Source: an uncultured Clostridia bacterium (GTDB lineage Bacteria > Bacillota > Clostridia > Christensenellales > UBA1242). From it: a stretch of 64,000 nt of DNA. The notes beneath the pieces were generated by a model. The model did not search any database, was not told where the DNA came from, and saw only the letters and a program-made list of their open reading frames with translations. The DNA lies in assembly GCA_934754375.1 (NCBI GenBank), contig CAKVHT010000001.1:24532-88531 (forward strand), read 5' to 3'. The translations under genes and the position numbers were made by a program. Below, piece by piece: positions 20,601 through 27,580 of the stretch (positions are counted from its first letter, which is position 1; each line of letters begins with the position of its first letter).

Positions 20601-20930
20601 GACAACAACAATGTCACAACAAAATTAAACAACAATTTAACATTGGTTTTGCCAAATGTTGATAGATTAACAAATCTTGCATTGGTCATTGCAAATGATT
20701 CAATTGAACTGAATTATCAACTTGAAAAGAATCGTTTGGTTATTGATTTAAGCCAAACCAACTATGAAACAACAAGTTTTGCAATAATTCAACAAAGAGT
20801 TTTGTTAAAACCATGGCAATTGATTTTGATTATTTCGCTTGCTGTGTTAATATTGGTTATCATCATTATAGTGTTTATCATTGTGCGCAAACGCAAAAAA
20901 GAACGTTATAGTATGAATGAAAAGATTTAG
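14619..20930 (+). CDS. giant surface protein (~2100 aa): signal peptide, many beta-rich modules, MBG-type (KVYDGT) segment, C-terminal TM anchor
   Basis: Start at ATG 14619 (MKKNAFRFILSFAVAILSLLVCLPKNSVWA-A signal peptide), sharing one base with the trxB TAA (TAATG). N/T/Y/D-rich and nearly Cys-free. ITLSGVKVYDKVYDGTDRAEY resembles MBG/YGX adhesin domains. Ends LILIISLAVLILVIIIIVFIIVRKRKKE. Confidence 0.85.
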   Translation: MKKNAFRFILSFAVAILSLLVCLPKNSVWAATVAQDQATCYMIDTGGSTYQTNIDAGSATGYGEYLLGDTDIAPIKASAKAGFYVAGWQISFTEVVSADYQVTRKIDGRTIADNTAIYQESSFAISYETEDGQSFNVNYTISQSDLDNDGYFEQSILSTSQIVENIKVNPVYDYIYTNVDATEFVALSNLGAYQTVSNILGGTDLVYLTSSTDEAVTVYHNAYLKTDGKYFYYGDVYADGDNYYTLNERSPKVDDGKITMQVPVQKGRYRLNQQVEYSTDIDVNTDFNLGHNIDIVGVGLTIDGETAQILKSGENSFSLTQDQYLRSTNIQINFVVTENKSHLAELSVDYDKLYIATVTPTISGATAGENEELLRNALTIEKTAYFSQIEEKKRYFIKDPVSGTNAVGFKLTANPKIVYQGYEYYNFESLSSTNSAVQSSINKNNLNLTKAIDTDFELVVNYTPILYSVDFKFVLYDTATKKFMALEGDYFVENSLKLERGQTSSEISKTTVSNNVGYNFFGFVDEQYTSNLTVNDGATINTTIQVTINKTYPTNKTILMLFVEKEYQIKFNNLNNINLNNGVKDVYPINNLAMSVNRADNVSTVAIDDLNAGNIDRTFAKTVKIGDKLTIVASINKGFKLLGFGLNNGAKTFDGTSFDLTLTQTLLANYDNANTDIIDIFDFEEFEKYTLTYTLNGDIGTGESKVLMADISVEYNGTVYDKSNTTDDITYVELGGEKAQIIISNLKLYEKVKLISRAKSINNDNNEPYFLFNRYTENFQTNFTLVETDPPAMLYTVQKDIEIFVVYSLPGLKLQLSIDDGTAYDLSQNLQQGTTYLTDADGNRVDFETTDLQPSKRYTLTLNNAFNFGFELLGYNYNGTVHLASSLADPYTFEFTTLSTTQIHYIEILTKQVKFKLNVNYAYNIEQTPVLKQSFDDITVSNLHLEFETDEGYYVSQAYFVNALGNKTRYEAAECDNNYASSSYIYNFTASELEQLIGAYGVVVDDVTNLNMLVIYSLHVYRVKVSYSLVTSKGVYDNRVNFPAVTMTANGDKILYIDDAGSRTFYNIPYGANVVLTADENNEEGMSAYGWIYDVQPGFSSNLTQLTIQKLTADQNLEYKLNYNVYIVKIEQTGNTKQPIVVITDPSTGKAVDKISRFDSLSIDMNADRQNGWRFVNMYYYKNQYVVYNYNEADFATKELYIIENGQYVINTQAYDSNLTYYTKEKVQVDFSAFARYDYNETSWKNEYKNLYVLVAGEYKRNDSSIYDDSREYYSYKQTIFEDINFQAGNYLAEVDENKVYSITFYVYYDYIDISLNIQASVSGINNLKRGDLSLLPIDYADLTFSVVSNLSQEKLLEKPYSVTINDNLVRIAVKLANINVDGQEYNLSNGVKLVQAYVGDKTTGNINIIDKGAGVYVLEFYVASMLNNNCVSENDSFEIYLTYQVINKHMELTTSIEASEFYRDTTGNTIFSMSNDQLVYGFGAGSSSSRGANKISVDFQFLGKVLVSYAFINPYQEYNQYFKITGIKLYSITTTTNAFGYITYVKGDLIRVATAEELAKLGITNATIGSNFDYRFIDNLYIELQVQPVIKVNGDNNRFYFTFNCDNQGNGIEQNLTVGQDSSCHIEMAQILQDYLSLTYHKSITQNGVIIGYSADNAQLIDADTYLVKIEFKGYGSWAWLTSLKYDNDIYVVVSPKIIELKVNDETFSRKQVYEKEYEGKSAYNFNNVADLLNYVYITDGNRSYPYTEANDNLRLVQSMLIAKICYLNNDTLVYSGIATKNGELFNIELSGLQINNKNFKLKKDSLLFESAIKINQKEITLSGVKVYDKVYDGTDRAEYQLDAEIKWLGVIAGDIVNSPLAKDLDLRFERDEKGNVKIGYNINVLIDASQVLKGDDADNYKIKVNGTTATIYPYSVSAEVEGFGTIEVKNDKGLMVEGSETRHDLAGLIPVNAKLKIEVIYADSPEYIAIYPNISRFINRNHNFAVGYKIYLDNNNVTTKLNNNLTLVLPNVDRLTNLALVIANDSIELNYQLEKNRLVIDLSQTNYETTSFAIIQQRVLLKPWQLILIISLAVLILVIIIIVFIIVRKRKKERYSMNEKI

Positions 20931-20938
20931 GAGCAATT

Positions 20939-21472
20939 ATGTTTGAATGTAAATATAAATACGAGTTGGAAGATAGTTTGATAAGTTCAAAATACGTTTT
21001 CCGTTCTCAACGCAGAAAAAAAGATAAAGTTATTGCTTTTATGATACCAATTTTAATGGTCGCAATGATCGCCCTTTTGATTGTGGATATTGTCAACAAA
21101 AAATCTTATGTACTTGATATAATTTTGATTGTTAGTTTGATTGTGTTGGAAGTCATGTATTTAATGATTCCTGTATCACTCAAACATTCACAAAAAAAAT
21201 CATTCTATGCACAAAAATTGGATACTATGGACTTTTTAGATGTTAAAATTGATGCAACAACTTGTGTTGAAACATTGATTAAAGATGATGTTGAACAAGC
21301 CAAAAACATTCATTCACTAAAAAGTTTGACAAGTTATCTTGAAGATGACACACGTTTAATTTTGGTTTTCAATAGTGCTGAATATGTTTGTTTAAGAAAA
21401 GCAAATTTAACAGGCGATATCAATCAACTTAAGGCATTGCTTGAAAAAACCATGGTTAAAAAGAAAAAATAA
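20939..21472 (+). CDS. hypothetical membrane protein (two TM helices plus a C-terminal soluble domain; YcxB-like architecture)
   Basis: 177 aa. AGGAG SD. Starts 8 nt after the giant gene. Assignment is by architecture only. Confidence 0.5.
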   Translation: MFECKYKYELEDSLISSKYVFRSQRRKKDKVIAFMIPILMVAMIALLIVDIVNKKSYVLDIILIVSLIVLEVMYLMIPVSLKHSQKKSFYAQKLDTMDFLDVKIDATTCVETLIKDDVEQAKNIHSLKSLTSYLEDDTRLILVFNSAEYVCLRKANLTGDINQLKALLEKTMVKKKK

Positions 21473-21512
21473 AAATATTCAAATCATTTTAGATGTCACA
21501 ATTAGATGTCAC

Positions 21513-21546
21513 AAAAAAAGTGTTGCAGTTTGGCAACACTTTTTTG
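21513..21546. terminator. bidirectional terminator
   Basis: aaaaaaa-agtgttgc-agtttg-gcaacact-ttttt between convergent genes. Confidence 0.7.
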
Positions 21547-21583
21547 TTTTCAATTTTATATGTTTGAGTTTGGTTTGTATCAA

Positions 21584-22276
21584 CTAAATTTGACCATTAT
21601 CTTTTGGTTGAGTTGGTCTAGCCACTGGACGATTGACAGGTTGACCTTGTTGCATTGGTTGAGATTGTTGAATTGGTTGAACTGGTCTTGGTGGCATTGG
21701 ACGTTGTGGCCTTTGCATAGGTTGTGATTGTTGCACTGGTTGTTGAGGTTTGATAGGCCTTGGTTGAGTATAAGGCATTGGACGTTCAGGTCTGTCAAAA
21801 GAAGGGTTGAGTGGAGAAGCATTTTCAATTTCAGGCAAAGCAGATTCTGCTGCTTTTGCACGTTTTAAAACTTTTGCTTTTTTGTTGCTTAAACCAATAT
21901 CATGCCTGCACAATAATTTGAAGTGAGCAAATTGAGTTGCTGTTGGCATTGATGTTTGGTCAACAATCAAATTATAAAATTCATCAGCAACACGAACGTC
22001 ACTCACAACACACAACAATTCGTTGTAAGTTTTTTTGGCTGTTTCAACATATTCTAAATTTGATTTTGTTTGAGCGCCTTTTTCTTCCAATTCGTCAGCC
22101 ATAAGCATAGCACGTTCAATTGCTTGTTTTTTAAGTTCAAAGTTTTTGTCAAAAAGGATAACGTCTTTATCCAAAATATCCAAAATGTTTTGCCTTGTTA
22201 AAAACAAAACTATCATGGCAACAAGTGCAATAATCACACCTGCAAAGCCACCCCACATAGCAATTTTTTCAATCAT
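21584..22276 (-). CDS. hypothetical membrane-anchored protein with a P/Q-rich repetitive C-terminus
   Basis: 230 aa. GGGGGA SD. One N-terminal TM helix, a helical middle region, and a tail PMPYTQPRPIKPQQPVQQSQPMQRPQRPMPPRPVQPIQQSQPMQQGQPVNRP. Confidence 0.6.
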   Translation of the reverse strand: MIEKIAMWGGFAGVIIALVAMIVLFLTRQNILDILDKDVILFDKNFELKKQAIERAMLMADELEEKGAQTKSNLEYVETAKKTYNELLCVVSDVRVADEFYNLIVDQTSMPTATQFAHFKLLCRHDIGLSNKKAKVLKRAKAAESALPEIENASPLNPSFDRPERPMPYTQPRPIKPQQPVQQSQPMQRPQRPMPPRPVQPIQQSQPMQQGQPVNRPVARPTQPKDNGQI

Positions 22277-22595
22277 AAAATTCCCCCTAAAATACTAATG
22301 TTAAAAATATTATATCAAATTGAATTTTTTTTAACAAACAATTTTAAAACATGACAAAAAATTATTTTGTCTTCTTTGTAAGAAAATCTGTTTAAAATTG
22401 TATTAATTAATTCTAAAAAAATAAATAAAAATTAAATATAATCATTTTATTATAAAATTATAAAAAACAAAAATTAATTAAAAATTGCAAAATAATACAA
22501 AAAAATAACAAAAAACGATATTTTTTAACATTTTTTGCTATTTTTTATAAAAATTTAACTAATGTTTTTTAATAAGCAGTTAAATTTTGTTATTT

Positions 22596-23465
22596 TTATC
22601 TAAATATTTTCAAACCATTTTCAACAATTAAAACATTGAGTTCATCGCAGGTTGAGATTTTGCCGTCTGCCATAACTTTGATGTTTTCATTTTCGGGTCT
22701 TTTGATTGTTACATTATTTTGCCAAAGTTGCTTTGTATGTTCGTTGTAAATTTGATTGCCAAAATCAAATTGCAAAACATAATTTTTGCGCTTGTTTGGT
22801 TCAAGCCCAGTGCTGTAGCTAATATTGAACAAGCCATCTTTTACATTTGCTAATGGATTGAGATGCTTGCCGTTTAAAAGCCCACCATTAGCAATAGAAA
22901 GTTCATAAATCATTTCTTTTTTAGGCTTGCCTTGTTTGGTGTCAATTGATATTTCAAATTCTTCAAATTTATTGGCATATTTTAAACTTGCCACTTTTTT
23001 TGTAAGCAGGTTTTTGATTTTGTATTTTTGGTAAATTTCAAACAGTTCAACACTTGCACCAATAACGATATTGTTAAGGACAATTGAGTTGTTCATTATA
23101 AGATAGTCAACTGGCTCTGGTTTGTTGTTAAGAATGGTTTTTATTGCTTGAATAGGGTTTTCACTTAAATCTAAATATTTAGCAAAATCATCTTCACCAC
23201 TCAAAGGAATAATGCCCAGTTTGATTTTGGATACATCTTTAACATTATTCAAAAAATTGTTCAAGACAAAATCATCTCCAATAACAGCAAAGTCTGTTTC
23301 CATTTGTTCAGTCAACTCTTTTGCAGTGGAATTAAAATCTGCAAAGTTCACAAAAAAGTAAACTGAATATTCTTTGTGTTCAGTTTTCAAAAATTTAACA
23401 ATTTTTTTTGCAATCTTTTCAGCATGATTTGAATAAGTGCTGGGTGCAACCATAATGTTTAACAT
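22596..23465 (-). CDS. diacylglycerol/lipid kinase (YegS/DagK) family protein with a degenerate GGDGT loop
   Basis: Family-like blocks KLGIIPLSGEDDFAKYL, VDYLIMNN, IANGGLLNGKHLNPLANVKDGLF and VMADGKI. The usual GGDGT position reads IGDDFV. Start set at ATG 23465 (alternative ATG 23471); the longer track ORF from 23591 is unlikely. Confidence 0.5.
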   Translation of the reverse strand: MLNIMVAPSTYSNHAEKIAKKIVKFLKTEHKEYSVYFFVNFADFNSTAKELTEQMETDFAVIGDDFVLNNFLNNVKDVSKIKLGIIPLSGEDDFAKYLDLSENPIQAIKTILNNKPEPVDYLIMNNSIVLNNIVIGASVELFEIYQKYKIKNLLTKKVASLKYANKFEEFEISIDTKQGKPKKEMIYELSIANGGLLNGKHLNPLANVKDGLFNISYSTGLEPNKRKNYVLQFDFGNQIYNEHTKQLWQNNVTIKRPENENIKVMADGKISTCDELNVLIVENGLKIFR

Positions 23466-23471
23466 AATCAT

Positions 23472-23500
23472 ATTATAACCCAAAAATTTCAAAAAGTAAA
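23472..23500 (-). promoter_or_regulatory. promoter TTTACT-17-TATAAT ending 6 nt before ATG 23465 (candidate leaderless start)
   Basis: Minus strand reads TTTACT-ttttgaaatttttgggt-TATAAT-atgatt-ATG. No SD. Confidence 0.4.
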
Positions 23501-23702
23501 CCAAGCAAGTTGCCAAATTTGTTTTTGATTGATGAATCTTGGCATCATTACAGCACCTGCATTGCTTTAATTGCATTAAAATTAAAAGCAAATCAATTTA
23601 AAAATAATTCTCAATACAATTCTTTTTTTAAATACTTCAATTGTCGAATTATATTCGCTATGCTCATATATTTAAGTCTAATAAAAATTGTCAAGATTTC
23701 GT

Positions 23703-23731
23703 TTGACATTATTCGACTTAAATATTAATAT
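23703..23731 (+). promoter_or_regulatory. promoter TTGACA-17-TAATAT upstream of the TasA-like gene
   Basis: TTGACA 23703-23708, 17 nt, TAATAT 23726-23731. AGGTGG SD precedes the TTG start at 23748. Confidence 0.5.
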
Positions 23732-23747
23732 TTAATTAGGTGGCAGT

Positions 23748-24332
23748 TTGAGAAAATTTACTTTAAATACATTCAAGTCGATTTTTGTGTGGGTAGTTAC
23801 GTTTGCACTTACCCTTCTTCTTTCAATGGGTAGTGCATACGCATACTTTACTGCAACTGCACAAAAAAAACAATCTAGTGCAACAACCGGTATAATAAAA
23901 ATCGGTTTATCTGATACAACTTTATCAACAACGGCATCTGGCAGTTTAGTAAGCACAAAAATTGTGCCAGGTTCACAAGTAGCATATAGTGGAATTGTGC
24001 AAAACACTGGCACCGCAAACATGTACGCCGTGCTTGAATGTAGTGTGCATGTTGATAATACACTTGTTCAAACAGCATATTACACAGCAGATGGCACCAA
24101 ACTTGCTTATAGCAACTCATCAAATGCCTACACAACTGAAGCAACACCAATTGATGTTGGTGGTTCAAAAGCATTTATATTATATTTCACTTTTGACACT
24201 ACATACGGAAATGAATATAAAAACAAATCCGCACAACTTAAAGTTGTTGCGTATGGTATTCAACAAAGTCATGTAACCGCCCTTGAAGCAACAAATATAT
24301 TGTTAAACGGCACAGGAGGGGGAAATAATTAG
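23748..24332 (+). CDS. TasA/camelysin-like secreted protein with a SipW-type signal peptide
   Basis: 194 aa with a TTG start. The signal region ends ...LLLSMGSAYAYFTATAQ (the AYF(T/S) motif of SipW-cognate signal peptides). The mature part is beta-rich (PGSQVAYSGIVQNTGTANMY). Confidence 0.6.
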   Translation: MRKFTLNTFKSIFVWVVTFALTLLLSMGSAYAYFTATAQKKQSSATTGIIKIGLSDTTLSTTASGSLVSTKIVPGSQVAYSGIVQNTGTANMYAVLECSVHVDNTLVQTAYYTADGTKLAYSNSSNAYTTEATPIDVGGSKAFILYFTFDTTYGNEYKNKSAQLKVVAYGIQQSHVTALEATNILLNGTGGGNN

Positions 24333-24333
24333 T

Positions 24334-24543
24334 CTGCCTAGCACATTCACTCAACTTGAGTATATTTAATCATCAGGCAGTCACAACTTTAAAACCGAAA
24401 AATGCCAGTTAATGGGATACGGTCCTAATGTATCTGGTTATTTTGGAATTAATGCAGACGCAAAACATGAAATGGGTGCAAATACTGGGATTTGCATAAG
24501 AGCCAGCACAAATGTTTATGACAATTTGAAAATTGTAATATAA
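24334..24543 (+). pseudogene. gene remnant with an in-frame stop and no ATG start
   Basis: Frame reads LPSTFTQLEYI*SSGSHNFKTEKCQLMGYGPNVSGYFGINADAKHEMGANTGICIRASTNVYDNLKIVI*, with TAA at 24367-24369. The LP..(Y/F)TQLEYIESSG-type N-terminus resembles one I recall from hypothetical proteins of gut Firmicutes or their phages (from memory only). Confidence 0.3.
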
Positions 24544-24768
24544 AAAATCAAACAATGTGTGTGTGCACGTGCAATAAAAAATAGGTTAATTGGTAATAAA
24601 CAGATGTTTTTTGTTTGTTTTAATTTACAAAAAACTTATTTTTTTTTATAATTATTTAAACAAAACATAATTGTTTTATGTTTGTGATTGAAGTTTAAAT
24701 CAAATTGCTAAATAAAAAAACATTTTTAGATTTGATGTCTATATTTATTTTAAAAGGAATTATTATCA

Positions 24769-26061
24769 ATGGTTTATATAATATTAGGTTCAATATTTGG
24801 GGTTGTGTGGTTTGCGACACTTATCACTTTTATTGTGTTATATAAAAAGAAGAACTTTGCTCAAGACAACGGCATAGATCAAGAAAAATTGCAAGCACTT
24901 TTTGCCAATCAAAAAGAACAAAATCAACTTGTAAACAACATGATTATGCAACAACTAAAAAACAGTGAAGTGATGACGCAAAACACAATCAATGGCTTGA
25001 CTGTCTTGCAAAAACAAGAGTTTGATAGTATTTCAAAACGTGTTGATGATCTTACAGCCCGCAATGAACAACGTATTGAAAAGCTTACGTACAATGTCAA
25101 TACCGCACTCAATAGCATGAGTCAGCAAAATGAAAAGCAACTTGAAAAAATGCGTGAAACGGTTGATGAAAAATTGAATAATTCGCTATCACAACGTTTG
25201 AATGACAGTTTTAGCAAAATCCAACAGAGTTTGGAAAGTGTGAACCTTGGCATAGGCGAAATGCGTACTTTGGCAAATGGTGTGGGCGATTTAAAACGTG
25301 TGCTTGGCAATGTTAAAGTGCGTGGTGGTTGGGGAGAAGTTATGTTAAGTTCTTTGCTTGACCAAATGCTTGCTCCAAGCCAATATAAGGCGCAAGTTCA
25401 AATCAAAAAGAACAGCAAAGAACGTGTTGACTTTGTTGTTATCATGCCAGGCAAGGACGAAAATGAAGTTTATTTGCCAATCGACAGCAAGTTTCCACTT
25501 GAAGATTATAACCGCCTTGTTGAAGCCAGCGAAACAATGGACAAAGATGCAATTGAACATGCTCAAAAGCAACTTATGAAGCGCATCAAAGAAGAGGCAA
25601 AATCAATCAAAGAAAAATACATTTCAGTGCCAGATACCACAGATTTTGCAGTTATGTTTTTGCCAATTGAGGGGCTTTATGCCGAAGTTGTTAGAGATGT
25701 GGAACTTATGGACACACTTCAAAATCAATACAAAATTGTTGTGTGTGGGCCAACCACTTTGACTGCACTTTTAAATAGTTTGCAATTGGGCTTTAAAACA
25801 TTGTATATTGAAAAACGTAGCAGTGAATTGTGGCAGGTTTTGTCCACATTCAAGCAAGAGTTTGAAAAATTTGTTGCCCTTTTGTTGAAAACTCAAAACA
25901 AAATCAGCGAAGCCAACTCTAACATCGAACTTGCAACAAAATCTTCACGTAAAATTGCAAAAAAATTGGGCGATGTAAGTCAAGTTGTGGGTATTGATTA
26001 TGGTGAAAATGACGGTGGAGATTCTACACCGCCTGATGAATTGCCTAATATTGAAGATTAA
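24769..26061 (+). CDS. rmuC: DNA recombination protein RmuC
   Basis: 430 aa. N-terminal TM helix, long coiled coil, RmuC core (VRGGWGEVMLSSLLDQML, DFVVIMPG, PIDSKFPLEDY, FAVMFLPIEGLYAE). Confidence 0.88.
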   Translation: MVYIILGSIFGVVWFATLITFIVLYKKKNFAQDNGIDQEKLQALFANQKEQNQLVNNMIMQQLKNSEVMTQNTINGLTVLQKQEFDSISKRVDDLTARNEQRIEKLTYNVNTALNSMSQQNEKQLEKMRETVDEKLNNSLSQRLNDSFSKIQQSLESVNLGIGEMRTLANGVGDLKRVLGNVKVRGGWGEVMLSSLLDQMLAPSQYKAQVQIKKNSKERVDFVVIMPGKDENEVYLPIDSKFPLEDYNRLVEASETMDKDAIEHAQKQLMKRIKEEAKSIKEKYISVPDTTDFAVMFLPIEGLYAEVVRDVELMDTLQNQYKIVVCGPTTLTALLNSLQLGFKTLYIEKRSSELWQVLSTFKQEFEKFVALLLKTQNKISEANSNIELATKSSRKIAKKLGDVSQVVGIDYGENDGGDSTPPDELPNIED

Positions 26062-26156
26062 ACACTTTTAAGTTTGCTTTTTGGCAAGTCGATAAACTAA
26101 AGATAACCGTTGCAAATTTCCACATAAATTTACATAAAAACACACATAATACGAGT

Positions 26157-27524
26157 ATGAAAAAACATCTGTTTTGCCTTGCATTATGTGCGTTTTTTGT
26201 TTGTGCTATATCTGCTTGTGGCTTTATGCATAAACCGCATTGTTTTGCTTTGGCAAACTGGGCAAATATTGAAAATTACACAAACTATCAACAAAATCAA
26301 ACAAACAATGAACAGATAGAACTTGAATACAACCACAAATATTTTATTTACACTCTAAAGTCAAACATAAAGGATAGCGATATTTTTTGCTTAAATCAAA
26401 AATTAAATAAGTATGATAGATTTAAAAACAAACAAAGCAGAATTGAATTATTGCAAAACATGTTAAATGTTGGTTTTGACACTGAAATTGCCCTTAATTA
26501 CATTTTTCCTAACTTATATTCAATAATTGACAGTGCGGAAAAAAACATTTTTACAAAACCACAAAATGCCAGTTTAAAAATAAACACGAACAGCGAAAAA
26601 GTGTTTTATATTTCAAAAGAAAAATCTGGCTTAAGGCTGAATAAGGCAAGTTTATATTCTCAAATTGCAAAGGCATATTTAAACAATCATAAACTCTCTT
26701 TTCATATTCCAACAACCATCATTAAACCTGAAATTTATGCGGAAAATTTTCAAAAAAGTTGCTTTCTTCGTGGGGACTTTTCCACAAACATTTCACATTC
26801 AACAGCAGACCGCAAACACAACATTAAAAATGCTTTAAACAGACTTAATTTATGTGAGATTTTGCCTGGTCAAGTGTTTTCTTTTAACAAAATCATTGGC
26901 AAAAGGACTGAAGAAAATGGCTACCGTACAGCAAAAATCATTGTGAATAACGAGTTTGTTGACGGCTTGGGCGGTGGGGTTTGCCAGGTTTCAAGCACTT
27001 TATACAACACCGCCTTATTGGCAGGACTGAAAATTGAAGAAGCTAACAAACATAGCAAACAAGTTGGCTATGTAAAATATGGTTTTGATGCAATGGTAAA
27101 TTTTGGCAGTAGCGACCTTAAATTTAAAAACACCACTGGGCAAAAATTGACAATAGTCACTAATTTTAATACGAGCAATATTCGTATAAGGATTTTTGGT
27201 GAAAACTTAAATGGGGTTGAATATAAACTTATAAATGAAATTGTGTCAACCACCCCTGCAGGGGAAGACATCAAACAAGACACAACCGGAGAATATTCAA
27301 ACAAAGTTCAATTTGAAGATGAAAGTTTTGTGGCAAAAAAAGGATGCCCAGGCATGGAGGTTAAATCATTTAGGCAAAAATATGAAAATGGCATTTTGGT
27401 TGACACTGAACTATTGAGATTTGATAAGTTTAAAGCGCAAAATTCTATTATCGTATTTGGCACAAAAAAACGTCCAACTGTTTTTGATTTAAGTATGTTG
27501 CCATTTGCTGTTGGATTGAATTAA
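26157..27524 (+). CDS. VanW family protein
   Basis: 455 aa with a signal/lipoprotein-like N-terminus (ISACG). VanW core GGGVCQVSSTLYNTALLAGL...GFDAMVNFGSSDLKFKNTT. Confidence 0.8.
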   Translation: MKKHLFCLALCAFFVCAISACGFMHKPHCFALANWANIENYTNYQQNQTNNEQIELEYNHKYFIYTLKSNIKDSDIFCLNQKLNKYDRFKNKQSRIELLQNMLNVGFDTEIALNYIFPNLYSIIDSAEKNIFTKPQNASLKINTNSEKVFYISKEKSGLRLNKASLYSQIAKAYLNNHKLSFHIPTTIIKPEIYAENFQKSCFLRGDFSTNISHSTADRKHNIKNALNRLNLCEILPGQVFSFNKIIGKRTEENGYRTAKIIVNNEFVDGLGGGVCQVSSTLYNTALLAGLKIEEANKHSKQVGYVKYGFDAMVNFGSSDLKFKNTTGQKLTIVTNFNTSNIRIRIFGENLNGVEYKLINEIVSTTPAGEDIKQDTTGEYSNKVQFEDESFVAKKGCPGMEVKSFRQKYENGILVDTELLRFDKFKAQNSIIVFGTKKRPTVFDLSMLPFAVGLN

Positions 27525-27557
27525 AAAACATAGGTGGGGAAATGCCTATGTTTTTTG
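27523..27557. terminator. bidirectional terminator (VanW gene / LRR gene, convergent)
   Basis: aaaaaa-acatagg-tggggaaatg-cctatgt-ttttt. Confidence 0.7.
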
Positions 27558-27580
27558 TTATTAAACTGATTAATATTTGA

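Noticed and set aside
24367-24369. In-frame TAA as evidence of stop-codon reassignment
   Set aside because: All long conserved genes in the window terminate normally at TAA/TAG/TGA and use TGG for Trp. The fragment also lacks a start codon, so it is better explained as a pseudogene.
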